This document shows, in pieces, positions 1 to 8,202 of a stretch of DNA of 64,000 bases; within the stretch, counting starts at the first letter, position 1; each line of letters begins with the position of its first letter. The notes beneath the pieces are model-generated. The model was not told the DNA's origin. It ran no database searches and saw only the letters and a list, made by a program, of their open reading frames with translations. Source of the stretch: a virus (Duplodnaviria; Caudoviricetes); the IMG/VR virus record IMGVR_UViG_3300046786_000128, positions 1 through 64,000 of that record; one strand, 5' to 3'. The position numbers and the translations under genes are program-made.

Positions 1-1808
1 CTATTAGGTGCTGCTGGTGCTGCGCCTGAATTCTTTTGTAAAAACTTTAATAGTCTTGCTTTTCGATCTGTCGGTAATGCTGCGATAAGTTTCTTAACTT
101 GTTCAATATCCATAGGTGCTGTTGCACCTTTCTCATCTTTTGCATTTGTCGGACTGCTGGCAATCTTTAAAGATTTGTAAACGCCATCAACTACATTTGA
201 AGCAACACCTTGCTGTGTTAAAAATGCTTTTAATTCTTCGCTGTCAGTTGGTGATCCTGCTTTCTGCCAAGCAGAATTTAACTTGTCTGCTGTAACTTTT
301 GTTGTTAGATTCTTACCTTTGGTTGCAGCCCAGTTCATTGCTTTGCCAGCAGCACCTTTGATTGCATCCAACGGGCCTTCCATTAGTTTACCTTCTGACA
401 GCAATGCATCATTTAATTTGCATACACGATTAAACACCATGTACACTTGTCCTTCGCTTAATGATTTGCCTTGACTGATAACACTTTCGCCCTTCATGCC
501 TTTTAGCAATTCGGCAGCTTTTTCTTTGCTAACCATTGCTCTAGGCACTTCACCGTTGATAACTTTCTGTAGATAGTCTGCACTGTAACCAGATGCTGCA
601 TTACCTGCGGCATTTGCAGCAGCACTTGCAGCTTGTCCACCATTCTGTGTTTGCCAATCTAGAGCTTTTTGTGCATCTTCTGGACTAATCTTAAATCTAA
701 CTCCACTCTTTCCGCCAGCATCAATTACACGTTGTAGATACTCAGGAGCCATTCCTGCACCAAATGGTTTTGATGCTACATCAGTAGCAACATCTGCTGC
801 CTTAGACGCGATATCTGCAGATGCATCAACTGCACCTTTGCCAGCTGCTTTTGCAGTATCAGCTACACCGGCCATTGCATCACTTGATACCGAACCACTG
901 CTAATACCAGGAGTTGCCATTTTACCGGCATTGGATAAATCAGCAAACGTTTGTGTATCCATTGTCTTTAATGGAATATCACCTTGCCATACTTTTCTTC
1001 CAGTGGCATCTAAAACTTGTAGACTTTTTCCGCCTTCCCCTGCTGCAACAGTGTAACCTTGATCAGGTGGAAACTTACCAAGCAATCTATCTTGGAATGC
1101 TTGATCAGCAGCTAGTCCTTTTTCTATATCAGGATTGCCTAGTTGTCTTCTAAGATCCTGCGCATCTCCCATAGCATCATATGCATCTTTATCTGCTATT
1201 TTGCCTTTAACATAGTCACCGACTTTACTTGCACCGTAGGCCATAGCGCCAGTTTTTGCGCCTGAATAGGCAGCGGAGCTAAATTTTTCGCCTTGTAATA
1301 GCTTGTCTGTCATCTTTAACAAGCCTAGAACAGCAGCACCACCTAGTCCTGCACCGCTGATACCAGCAGCAGCGATAAGAGCAGAGTAAATTAAACCCTG
1401 TGCAATAGGATGTTCTTTAGCAAACTTACGATATTTTTGAATTACTTGATTAACCGCATTGTCTGGACCACCTAATCCAGCTTCGATTTTAGCAACAGCA
1501 TTATCATACATGCTGTCAACGTTCTTAACAGGACCACTATCTTGAATCTTAGTCTTTAGATCTTCCCAGGCTTTGTTTACAGCATCAATAGCATCTTTGC
1601 CCATACCTAGGGCTGTTCTATTTCCACCAGCTGCTGTAGCCTGTGTTTCAATTTCTTTGAATAGGCTTTGTATTTGATCAGCCGTTAGGGCTGCTTCCTT
1701 TAATTGTAATCCAGCATTTTCCCATAACGCCATTGTTTTTCTAGCATTATGATCCAGACCTTCATAAAGATATTGATTGTTAGTATTAGATATTTGTTGT
1801 ATTCTCAT
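1..1808 (-). CDS. Ala/Gly-rich putative internal head (ejected) protein, at least 602 aa, runs off the window start
   Basis: Missing from the ORF track because it has no stop in the window. Manual translation from ATG at 1808 (MRIQQISNTNNQYLYEG...KNSGAAPAAPN) is open to base 1. TAAATA box at 1836-1831. Several L-x-E motifs and one hydrophobic segment. Function is inferred. Confidence 0.6.
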   Translation of the reverse strand, partial: MRIQQISNTNNQYLYEGLDHNARKTMALWENAGLQLKEAALTADQIQSLFKEIETQATAAGGNRTALGMGKDAIDAVNKAWEDLKTKIQDSGPVKNVDSMYDNAVAKIEAGLGGPDNAVNQVIQKYRKFAKEHPIAQGLIYSALIAAAGISGAGLGGAAVLGLLKMTDKLLQGEKFSSAAYSGAKTGAMAYGASKVGDYVKGKIADKDAYDAMGDAQDLRRQLGNPDIEKGLAADQAFQDRLLGKFPPDQGYTVAAGEGGKSLQVLDATGRKVWQGDIPLKTMDTQTFADLSNAGKMATPGISSGSVSSDAMAGVADTAKAAGKGAVDASADIASKAADVATDVASKPFGAGMAPEYLQRVIDAGGKSGVRFKISPEDAQKALDWQTQNGGQAASAAANAAGNAASGYSADYLQKVINGEVPRAMVSKEKAAELLKGMKGESVISQGKSLSEGQVYMVFNRVCKLNDALLSEGKLMEGPLDAIKGAAGKAMNWAATKGKNLTTKVTADKLNSAWQKAGSPTDSEELKAFLTQQGVASNVVDGVYKSLKIASSPTNAKDEKGATAPMDIEQVKKLIAALPTDRKARLLKFLQKNSGAAPAAPN

Positions 1809-1830
1809 ATCGACTCGAAGATGTATTAGT

Positions 1831-1836
1831 TATTTA
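1831..1836 (-). promoter_or_regulatory. Putative late promoter core TAAATA
   Basis: TATTTA on the + strand, 22 nt upstream of the ATG at 1808; the same motif recurs before other structural genes. Confidence 0.6.
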
Positions 1837-1837
1837 T

Positions 1838-2340
1838 TGTACTTACGAGCTAAAGCTCGTATTCGTTTTCGCTTACGCTCAACGAATTTTCTTTCTTCTT
1901 TAATTATGAGACATTATTACTGCGAAGCAGTTTAAGTATTATGTAGATTGTTCAGTCACACTTAACCCAGGCAGGGTTAAGATTAGCATTATGTGAGTTG
2001 CACAATACACTTAGCGTTAAAGCATTACAGTGGCGGTCAGCCGGTACCACGAGCTTTGTCTTAATTACTGACGGTGGACTAATACACATACGCTAACATA
2101 TGCACTAGCCTAAGGGTTTTTCTCCCTTCTTTTAGCCTTGAAAAATACGTTTTTACAAATCAAACCGGTTTTATGAAAGGCATATCCGATCGTCGTCCTG
2201 TTAAGGATAGTGATTTGCTACTCTTCGCCAACTAGAGATTCCTTACCGTCACACATCAGAACGGATTTTGGGCACGATATAGTCGCCTGTGCGGGCTTTT
2301 TTGGCGATATTTTGCCTGGATTTATTGAGCCTAGGGTGTG
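1838..2340 (-). ncRNA. Putative large structured ncRNA (~500 nt), possibly ROOL/GOLLD-like class
   Basis: Only long ORF-free gap in a densely coding window. Many stems on the minus strand: CTTAACCC/GGGTTAAG, TACGAGC/GCTCGTA, ATTCGTT/AACGAAT enclosing GC-GTAA-GC, ACTGC/GCAGT, AAGGG/CCCTT, CCGTT/GACGG, TCCT/AGGA, GCATATG/CGTATGT. Boundaries are approximate and the family is unverified. Confidence 0.6.
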
Positions 2341-2341
2341 C

Positions 2342-2779
2342 CTACGGTAACTTATTTTTAATAATATGCGATCCATGTACACGAACTTGTATGTGTCCGT
2401 TGTACCAATCGTCTGATTCTAATACTTTGTTTTGGAATTGTTCTCTGGCTTCTATGTAAGAGCATTGCGCCTTGGATGTGCAGTAATATAGTATTTCTCT
2501 AGTGAAGTTTTCTTTGCCTAATGTTTCAATATCCTTGGTTAAATTGGGACTAGAGCCATAATAATCGCGCCAATCGCTGTCAATTTTACCACGAATTTTC
2601 TTTTTCTTCTTTGTGCCATTCTTTAATTTTACGGTTTTATACGTTGTTTTAGAGAATTTTGCTAGCTTTTTGCCTATATACTTTTTGCCAGAGACGACAT
2701 TTGTGATCAGATATACGAAACCTACACAATCTTCGGGCAGTGTTTCTACTACAGTATTCTGATACATCCATGTCATCAC
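2342..2779 (-). CDS. GIY-YIG family endonuclease (Seg-like, free-standing)
   Basis: GFVYLITN...KKYIGKK, YYGSS, REIL, Y-x-E and YN motifs; Lys-rich insertion KNGTKKKKKIRGK. Confidence 0.85.
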   Translation of the reverse strand: MMTWMYQNTVVETLPEDCVGFVYLITNVVSGKKYIGKKLAKFSKTTYKTVKLKNGTKKKKKIRGKIDSDWRDYYGSSPNLTKDIETLGKENFTREILYYCTSKAQCSYIEAREQFQNKVLESDDWYNGHIQVRVHGSHIIKNKLP

Positions 2780-3006
2780 GTAATTAGTTTACGCGGTCTC
2801 CCTGGCTTACCATTTCTGGCTATGCGCCTTTCTTCTCTTTTATTTTGAATTTCTGTTCGCCTAATGCTTGCCTCGTTTCTAATCTCTGATAACCAATATC
2901 GTGCCTTTATACCTGCCTCGTCAGTTCCGACATACTCAAATTGAGTCTGCCATTTAAAATATTCTTGAAACGCATTAATCATGCGATCATGTGAATCTGT
3001 GCTCAT
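2776..3006 (-). CDS. Small basic helical protein, histone H1-like (Hc1-like) DNA-binding candidate
   Basis: AGIKARYWLSEIRNEASIRRTEIQ resembles the AGxRARK..L.E pattern of Hc1-like proteins; Arg/Lys-rich tail; ATGA overlaps with both neighbours. Confidence 0.45.
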   Translation of the reverse strand: MSTDSHDRMINAFQEYFKWQTQFEYVGTDEAGIKARYWLSEIRNEASIRRTEIQNKREERRIARNGKPGRPRKLIT

Positions 3007-4781
3007 CCTATAATTTCAACATCGTTAGAATAGCTGGTAAATCCGTTTTCTTTGATAACTTTTAGAACATGATTTACACGGCTAGTTAAATCATCTCTGT
3101 GAGAAATTAAGAATACATTCTTATTTCTCTCACGACTCATACGCTTTAATACAGCAATGCTAGATTCAACACCGCTAGAATCCATTCCGCTATCTACTAA
3201 TTCGTCAATAAACAACAAATTGATAGAAGTATACAAGTTTTCCCATACATCTCGGAACGCCCAGCTCATAGAAAGTATCAATCTATTGCGCTCACCACGT
3301 GATAAATTGTCAAAGTCTAAGTCTTGTCCTAGTTGTGTAATGATAACTGATAGATCGTTTTGGAATTCTACAATATGTGGCAATCCGATTTTATCAAGAT
3401 AGTAAGTTAATCGTTGATTTAGGAATGCCAAGTTCTGATCGATAATTCGTTTACGCACAAAACTATCTTTGTTAGTTAACAATTTTAACAAGAACTCTTG
3501 ATGATCTTTTAATCTAACAAGTTCATTAACACTTTCCCAGTCTAATTCTTGAACAGCAGTATTCTTTAAGTCTTCAATCTGTTCTAGGTAAGGATTAACT
3601 TCTGCAACTTTAACTTCTAAATCTCTTTCTAGACTGCTTAGTGTGTTTTTATGATTCAGTGCTTGTTCTAGATTGTCGTAGATAACACTAGGACATTCAC
3701 CCAACTCACCTAATGCTTTTAATGCATCAGTATTTTCAATCCATTGTGTATTAGTAGAAAGAGCTTGTAAGGCTGCTTCTTGAAGAGCTTTACGTTTACT
3801 TTCTAAAACAGCTTCGTGTTTCTCGTCATGAAATGCTTGTCCGCAAGCATGACATGTATGCTTTTCTAGACTTTCAATTTCAATTTTTAATCTATCGATT
3901 TCTTTATTTTCTCTAGCTTCGTCTAATTCGCAACGAGCTATTAGACTTGTTAAATCTTTAATTTCTTTTCGTTTAGCATTATACGAATCTAAAGCTCTGT
4001 GCGCTGCAATTTCGTCATCGATATTAATGTGCATCATTTTATCAATGGCTTTTGCTAGGTTATTAATTGCAGTTTCTTTTTGATCTTCCCACATCCGCTG
4101 TTTGCGTTCTAATGCTTCGATACTTTGTTGGATTCTTTCGTTACTGGCTTTAATAGTTTCAAGTTTTGTGTTTTCAGTATTAATAGCATCTTTAGTTAAC
4201 TTGATTTGTTCTTTTAAAGATTCAGCCTTTTCACTTAATTGTGTAATACCTAGAAGTTGTTCAATGATGTTGCGTTGATCCGCAGCCTTCATTGACAGAA
4301 ATGGTTCAGTGTAGGTATTCAGTGCCACAATGTTTTTAAACATATCGTGACTTAACCCAAAAAGCTCGTCAATTGCTTTTTGAGTTTCTCTACTATCACC
4401 TTGGCTTTCGTCTTTATCTTCTAGGTCTTGTTCTTGTCCGTTGATACTAAATTTTAAAAGAGTGGGTTTACGACCACGTTCGATGTGATATTCAACACCG
4501 TCTTTTTCAAAGGTGATAGTAACCAACATACCTTTGTTGTTAATTTTGTTAACAAGGTTGTCTTTCTTAATATTAGTTAGGGCATTGCCGTAGATAGCAT
4601 AACTTAAACCGTTGATGATTGTAGTTTTACCTGTGCCGTTGCGAGCACCACTATCATCACCACCTAAGTCTAAGTTTTCACCTAAAACTAAAGTTAACTG
4701 TCCTTGATCAAAACTAATAGCCTGGGTTTGATTACCCACGCTCATAAAGTTTTTAACGGTTAAATTTTTAATTGTTATCAT
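3003..4781 (-). CDS. gp46: Recombination endonuclease ATPase subunit, T4 gp46/Rad50/SbcC-like
   Basis: Walker A GARNGTGKT, coiled coils, zinc hook CHAC, signature LSRGE, Walker B LLFIDE, H-loop ISH; adjacent to the Mre11-like gene. Confidence 0.95.
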   Translation of the reverse strand: MITIKNLTVKNFMSVGNQTQAISFDQGQLTLVLGENLDLGGDDSGARNGTGKTTIINGLSYAIYGNALTNIKKDNLVNKINNKGMLVTITFEKDGVEYHIERGRKPTLLKFSINGQEQDLEDKDESQGDSRETQKAIDELFGLSHDMFKNIVALNTYTEPFLSMKAADQRNIIEQLLGITQLSEKAESLKEQIKLTKDAINTENTKLETIKASNERIQQSIEALERKQRMWEDQKETAINNLAKAIDKMMHINIDDEIAAHRALDSYNAKRKEIKDLTSLIARCELDEARENKEIDRLKIEIESLEKHTCHACGQAFHDEKHEAVLESKRKALQEAALQALSTNTQWIENTDALKALGELGECPSVIYDNLEQALNHKNTLSSLERDLEVKVAEVNPYLEQIEDLKNTAVQELDWESVNELVRLKDHQEFLLKLLTNKDSFVRKRIIDQNLAFLNQRLTYYLDKIGLPHIVEFQNDLSVIITQLGQDLDFDNLSRGERNRLILSMSWAFRDVWENLYTSINLLFIDELVDSGMDSSGVESSIAVLKRMSRERNKNVFLISHRDDLTSRVNHVLKVIKENGFTSYSNDVEIIG

Positions 4782-5788
4782 AATTCTTGGTAAATTCCTA
4801 ACAGCAGAGATTTATCGTAGCTTTCGCTTTCGATAGCATTAATTTGATTCATAACAATTGTGTCTACGCTTTCAAATGCAATATCAATAGGCACATTGTT
4901 TGATTCTACTTCTACTTTTTCTGGAATTAGCATTAACTCTCTTAATTTGTATTGTGGCATGAATGTTTCTTTGATGAAGTTTGCTTCCTCAAAACTAATA
5001 GGCAAGTCAATAGTAACCCTACAGTGCATTTTTTCACGAAGCAGTGCATCTGGGTTATCGATGATTTGACTTAGCTTATAAACACGGTATACGGGCTGTT
5101 TAGGCCATGCTTTGTATTCAGGTGTGCCACCCCATTCTAATAACATCATGCCACGTTCATCGTCACCTGCATCTGCATAGTTGTGTGGAAACGAATTACC
5201 CATGTAAACAATGTTACCGGATTGTTGTCTTTTGTGGAAGTGTCCGCTAAAAACATATTCTTGATTTACAAAATGTGTACTTTGTAATTGTCCATGATCC
5301 GGCATTTGAACCATAGCATTCATATAGAAGCTAGGTAGTTCAAGGTGCCCGAAAATGTATTTGCTTTTAATAGATGGAATCTTCTTCCACTCGTCAGCAA
5401 TTAGCCAAGGCATGATAGTTACATCGCCTTCTGTAATTGATTCGTTTACTAATGTAATGTTAGGGAATAATCGCCCAAACTCTAAACTATGAATCTCACG
5501 TTTGTCTTTGTAAAACATATCGTGATTACCTGTAATGATATAGACTTTCTCAAAACTGTTATTGAGTTTTTCTAAATTTGAGACAGTATAATTCATAGTA
5601 CTTACATCAGTAGTACTGCGATTATGGTGCCAGTCGCCTAGGAAGATGCAGGTTTCTGCACCTTCTGCTTTTGCAGTTTCACAAAACCAATTAACAAAAT
5701 CTTCGCAATCTTGGTTATGTGTACGGCTTCCTGATTTAAGTCCAAAGTGTATATCGGTAAAACACGCTACTTTCTTGAATAATGACAT
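4778..5788 (-). CDS. gp47: Recombination endonuclease nuclease subunit, T4 gp47/Mre11/SbcD-like
   Basis: Metallophosphoesterase motifs DIHFG, GDWHH, GNHD, GHLE, GHFHKR. Confidence 0.95.
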   Translation of the reverse strand: MSLFKKVACFTDIHFGLKSGSRTHNQDCEDFVNWFCETAKAEGAETCIFLGDWHHNRSTTDVSTMNYTVSNLEKLNNSFEKVYIITGNHDMFYKDKREIHSLEFGRLFPNITLVNESITEGDVTIMPWLIADEWKKIPSIKSKYIFGHLELPSFYMNAMVQMPDHGQLQSTHFVNQEYVFSGHFHKRQQSGNIVYMGNSFPHNYADAGDDERGMMLLEWGGTPEYKAWPKQPVYRVYKLSQIIDNPDALLREKMHCRVTIDLPISFEEANFIKETFMPQYKLRELMLIPEKVEVESNNVPIDIAFESVDTIVMNQINAIESESYDKSLLLGIYQEL

Positions 5789-5803
5789 AGAATCTCCTTT
5801 ATT

Positions 5804-5833
5804 ATTGTACTATTTTTACAACACAAAGGTCAA
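5804..5833 (-). promoter_or_regulatory. Sigma70-like promoter upstream of gp47
   Basis: TTGACC-18 nt-TACAAT on the minus strand, followed by AAGGAGA and the ATG at 5788. Confidence 0.55.
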
Positions 5834-6702
5834 TCCCAATCGCCACCGCCGTCACCGCCGGTTGATGCTGGCCCGCTATACTGACTTCCACCTGCAGAGT
5901 TTTGTCTAGTCCAACTTGGGTTCATTCCATTCATTTCAAGAATGTCATCTCGAATGTTTTGGTTTCGTTTTTCGATGTTGATGATTCGGACAAAACTGTT
6001 AGTAACGGCGGCAGTATAATAAGCAAAAGGATTATCCGACTTGCTCTCATCAAACTGAAGACCGATTTGAGTAAGTTGAAGTATAGCTTGGCCGCGCATT
6101 TCATCGTTGTAAGTGTATCCACGAACGTTTCCTCTAGTTGCGTATCTCTCGCAGAGCTTTAAAAACATGCGAGCTAGGTTATCTGTCATTTTGCCATGTT
6201 CTTTATTAAAGGTACCTGTTTCGAGATCTCCCTTCCAATGGCTTTTTCCGACCAATATTAGATTATCGTTATCATCAAATTTCCAATGCTGGAATGGTGG
6301 AAAGTTTACTTTCTCGTGACTGTCTGCGGTATTCTTTAATGTCTTCTTTCTTCCCGGAGCAAGTGGAATATGTTCAAAGGTCATAATCCTAAAGACTACA
6401 TCTGTCTTTTTAACAGTTTTATAGTCCACTTCGAAATCTTTTGCGGGGAATTTTTTACCAGTTGATTGTGCTACTTCGTGAGCTTTCTTGCCCATTTTTA
6501 TAGCTTGATTGCGTTTAGCTTCTGCAATAGTTCTTATGTTAATTTTTGATAAGTTTGGTAAAATAATATCGTAATCTGCATATTTTGGATCTGTGTAAGA
6601 GCAGTAAGTATTCTTGCTTAAATGAATCTCTCTTAGTAAGTCCTTGTTTGTTAGATATTTTACTTTAGGTACTGTAGTTGTCATCTCCGGTGGTTTCTCC
6701 AT
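5830..6702 (-). CDS. gp55: Late-transcription sigma factor, T4 gp55-like
   Basis: KYLTNKDLL N-terminal motif and RGYTYNDEM...QFDESKSDNPFAYYT...NSFVRII match the gp55 pattern; located next to gp47/gp46 as in T4. Confidence 0.85.
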   Translation of the reverse strand: MEKPPEMTTTVPKVKYLTNKDLLREIHLSKNTYCSYTDPKYADYDIILPNLSKINIRTIAEAKRNQAIKMGKKAHEVAQSTGKKFPAKDFEVDYKTVKKTDVVFRIMTFEHIPLAPGRKKTLKNTADSHEKVNFPPFQHWKFDDNDNLILVGKSHWKGDLETGTFNKEHGKMTDNLARMFLKLCERYATRGNVRGYTYNDEMRGQAILQLTQIGLQFDESKSDNPFAYYTAAVTNSFVRIINIEKRNQNIRDDILEMNGMNPSWTRQNSAGGSQYSGPASTGGDGGGDWD

Positions 6703-6733
6703 TAGTTAATATAATAGCACATTTTGTCAAGAA

Positions 6734-6739
6734 TAAATA
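6734..6739 (+). promoter_or_regulatory. Putative late promoter core TAAATA for the baseplate operon
   Basis: ATAAATA 26 nt upstream of the ATG at 6766, in the divergent gap after gp55. Confidence 0.65.
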
Positions 6740-6765
6740 CTGAATAATAGGAAAATTCGTTCAAA

Positions 6766-7902
6766 ATGGCATTATCTACAAACCCTTTGGCTAAATTAGT
6801 ATCCTCTGTTTCGGAGCAAGTGGGTGCTGCTTCCGCCTCCGCAGAAGGTGCATTAAAAAACATCAACTTTGACTCTCTTAAGGCTAACGTAGATTCTACG
6901 GTTAGTAGATTAGGGGGTGAAATTGGCAGCGGATTAAACGGTGCAACTTCGGCTATGAATGAAATGGTTGGCAAAGCAGGAGGCGCTTTAGCCGGTGCCA
7001 AATCAGCATTAGGTGGAATGGGTAATCCTATACAAAGTCTAGCATCAAATGCAACAGGAGCCCTTAGTGGTGCTGCAAGTGCATTAGGTGGTGCAGCAGG
7101 ATCTATTAGTAATGCTAGTGCAGCAATTGGTGCGAGTTTAAACAAGTTAGGATTAGCCAGTGGTGGTCTAGGCGGGGGTCTTGCTCAAGTTGCTGGACAA
7201 ATTTCGTCAGCTGCTGGAATGATTAATAATCTTCTTAGCATGGCAAGGGGTAAAAACTTACCTAGTGGTGCAGAGTTATTTAAGCAGCAAGGTTCGTTTG
7301 TAGAGTTGAAATCGGGCGCAGCAGATGACTGGCGTGTTAAACTAAATTGTAATTTTGGTTTATTCGGCGGAGCATTTAGTAGACTATCTGAGACAGGCGG
7401 TTTTGTATGGCCCTATCTACCACAAATTAGTGTGTCATCGAAAGCAAACTATACACAGATTGATCCGGTACATAATAATCAACCCTTCTATGCTTATAAA
7501 AACAGCCAGATTGATGATATTCAAATCTCTGGAGAATTTTCTGTAGAAAACGAATTAGATGCAGAGTATTGGATTCAAGCAACTACATTTTTAAAAACAG
7601 CAACAAAAATGTTTTACGGTCAAGGAGCCAATGTTGGCAATCCTCCTGTAATCTGTAACCTAACTGGTTATGGCGCAAGAATTTTTAACAACGTTCCTGT
7701 TATTGTAAAAAGTTTTACTGTAGATTTCAAAGACGATGTAAACTACATCAAATATACAAAAGGACCAACACCAACATGGGTTCCTATCATGAGTACAATC
7801 TCAGTTACTGTTGCTCCTATCTATAACAGAACACGTCTAAGACAATTTAACTTGAAATCTTATGCTGCTGGTGGGATGACTGGCGGACAAGGAGTTCTAT
7901 AA
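6766..7902 (+). CDS. Baseplate/tail tube initiator-like protein with Gly/Ala-rich N-terminal half
   Basis: C-terminal tube-like domain (WPYLPQISVS...IQISGEF...GNPPVICNLTGYG...VPVIVKSFTVDF); first gene of the baseplate operon. Confidence 0.6.
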   Translation: MALSTNPLAKLVSSVSEQVGAASASAEGALKNINFDSLKANVDSTVSRLGGEIGSGLNGATSAMNEMVGKAGGALAGAKSALGGMGNPIQSLASNATGALSGAASALGGAAGSISNASAAIGASLNKLGLASGGLGGGLAQVAGQISSAAGMINNLLSMARGKNLPSGAELFKQQGSFVELKSGAADDWRVKLNCNFGLFGGAFSRLSETGGFVWPYLPQISVSSKANYTQIDPVHNNQPFYAYKNSQIDDIQISGEFSVENELDAEYWIQATTFLKTATKMFYGQGANVGNPPVICNLTGYGARIFNNVPVIVKSFTVDFKDDVNYIKYTKGPTPTWVPIMSTISVTVAPIYNRTRLRQFNLKSYAAGGMTGGQGVL

Positions 7903-8201
7903 TGGCTAGATATAAAAAGACATCGCCGTATTATAATACCAAAGAAAATAATCTATATTTAGAATTATTATCTATTCGTCCTGTTCCTGCAGAAGCAGAT
8001 GACTATCAGTATACTATCGAAACACATTACAAACATCGTCCTGATTTATTAGCCTATGACTTATATGGCAATTCTAATCTATGGTGGGTGTTTGTACAAA
8101 GAAATATGAGTGTATTAAAAGATCCTGTTTATGATTTTGAACCAGGTACTGTAATCTATTGCCCTAAGAAATCTAATCTAGAAAAGTACATAGGAGTTTA
8201 A
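7902..8201 (+). CDS. gp53: Baseplate wedge protein, gp53/P2 gpX LysM-like
   Basis: RPDLLAYDLYGNSNLWWVF motif, 99 aa, position before the hub gene. Confidence 0.8.
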   Translation: MARYKKTSPYYNTKENNLYLELLSIRPVPAEADDYQYTIETHYKHRPDLLAYDLYGNSNLWWVFVQRNMSVLKDPVYDFEPGTVIYCPKKSNLEKYIGV

Positions 8202-8202
8202 G

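Noticed and set aside
1-6. TAA-TAG at the window edge as the stop of the first ORF
   Set aside because: Those stops are in a different frame; the coding frame reads CCT AAT AG and continues beyond base 1.
2221-2290. Group I intron, suggested by GATATAGTC (2276-2284, like the S element) next to a GIY-YIG gene
   Set aside because: The motif is on the + strand while the flanking genes are on the minus strand, no matching R/P7 partner was found, and neither flanking gene looks interrupted.
2285-2302. Rho-independent terminator on the + strand (GCCT-GTGC-GGGC-TTTTTT)
   Set aside because: Only a 4-bp stem with a G-U pair and no + strand gene upstream; better explained as part of the minus-strand RNA structure.
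2246-2344. TAG readthrough or recoded genetic code, since the GIY-YIG TAG is followed by about 30 open codons
   Set aside because: Very long ORFs (4561, 1135, 781 aa) are intact under code 11 and homolog-like proteins end at expected places; no sign of genome-wide recoding and no suppressor tRNA seen.
6702-7145. 147 aa minus-strand ORF and similar antisense ORFs (11547-12011, 29288-29725, 31218-31748, 33812-34318, 34695-35156, 60177-60545)
   Set aside because: Shadow frames opposite well-supported genes with biased Gly/Ala/Thr codons; no RBS or motifs.
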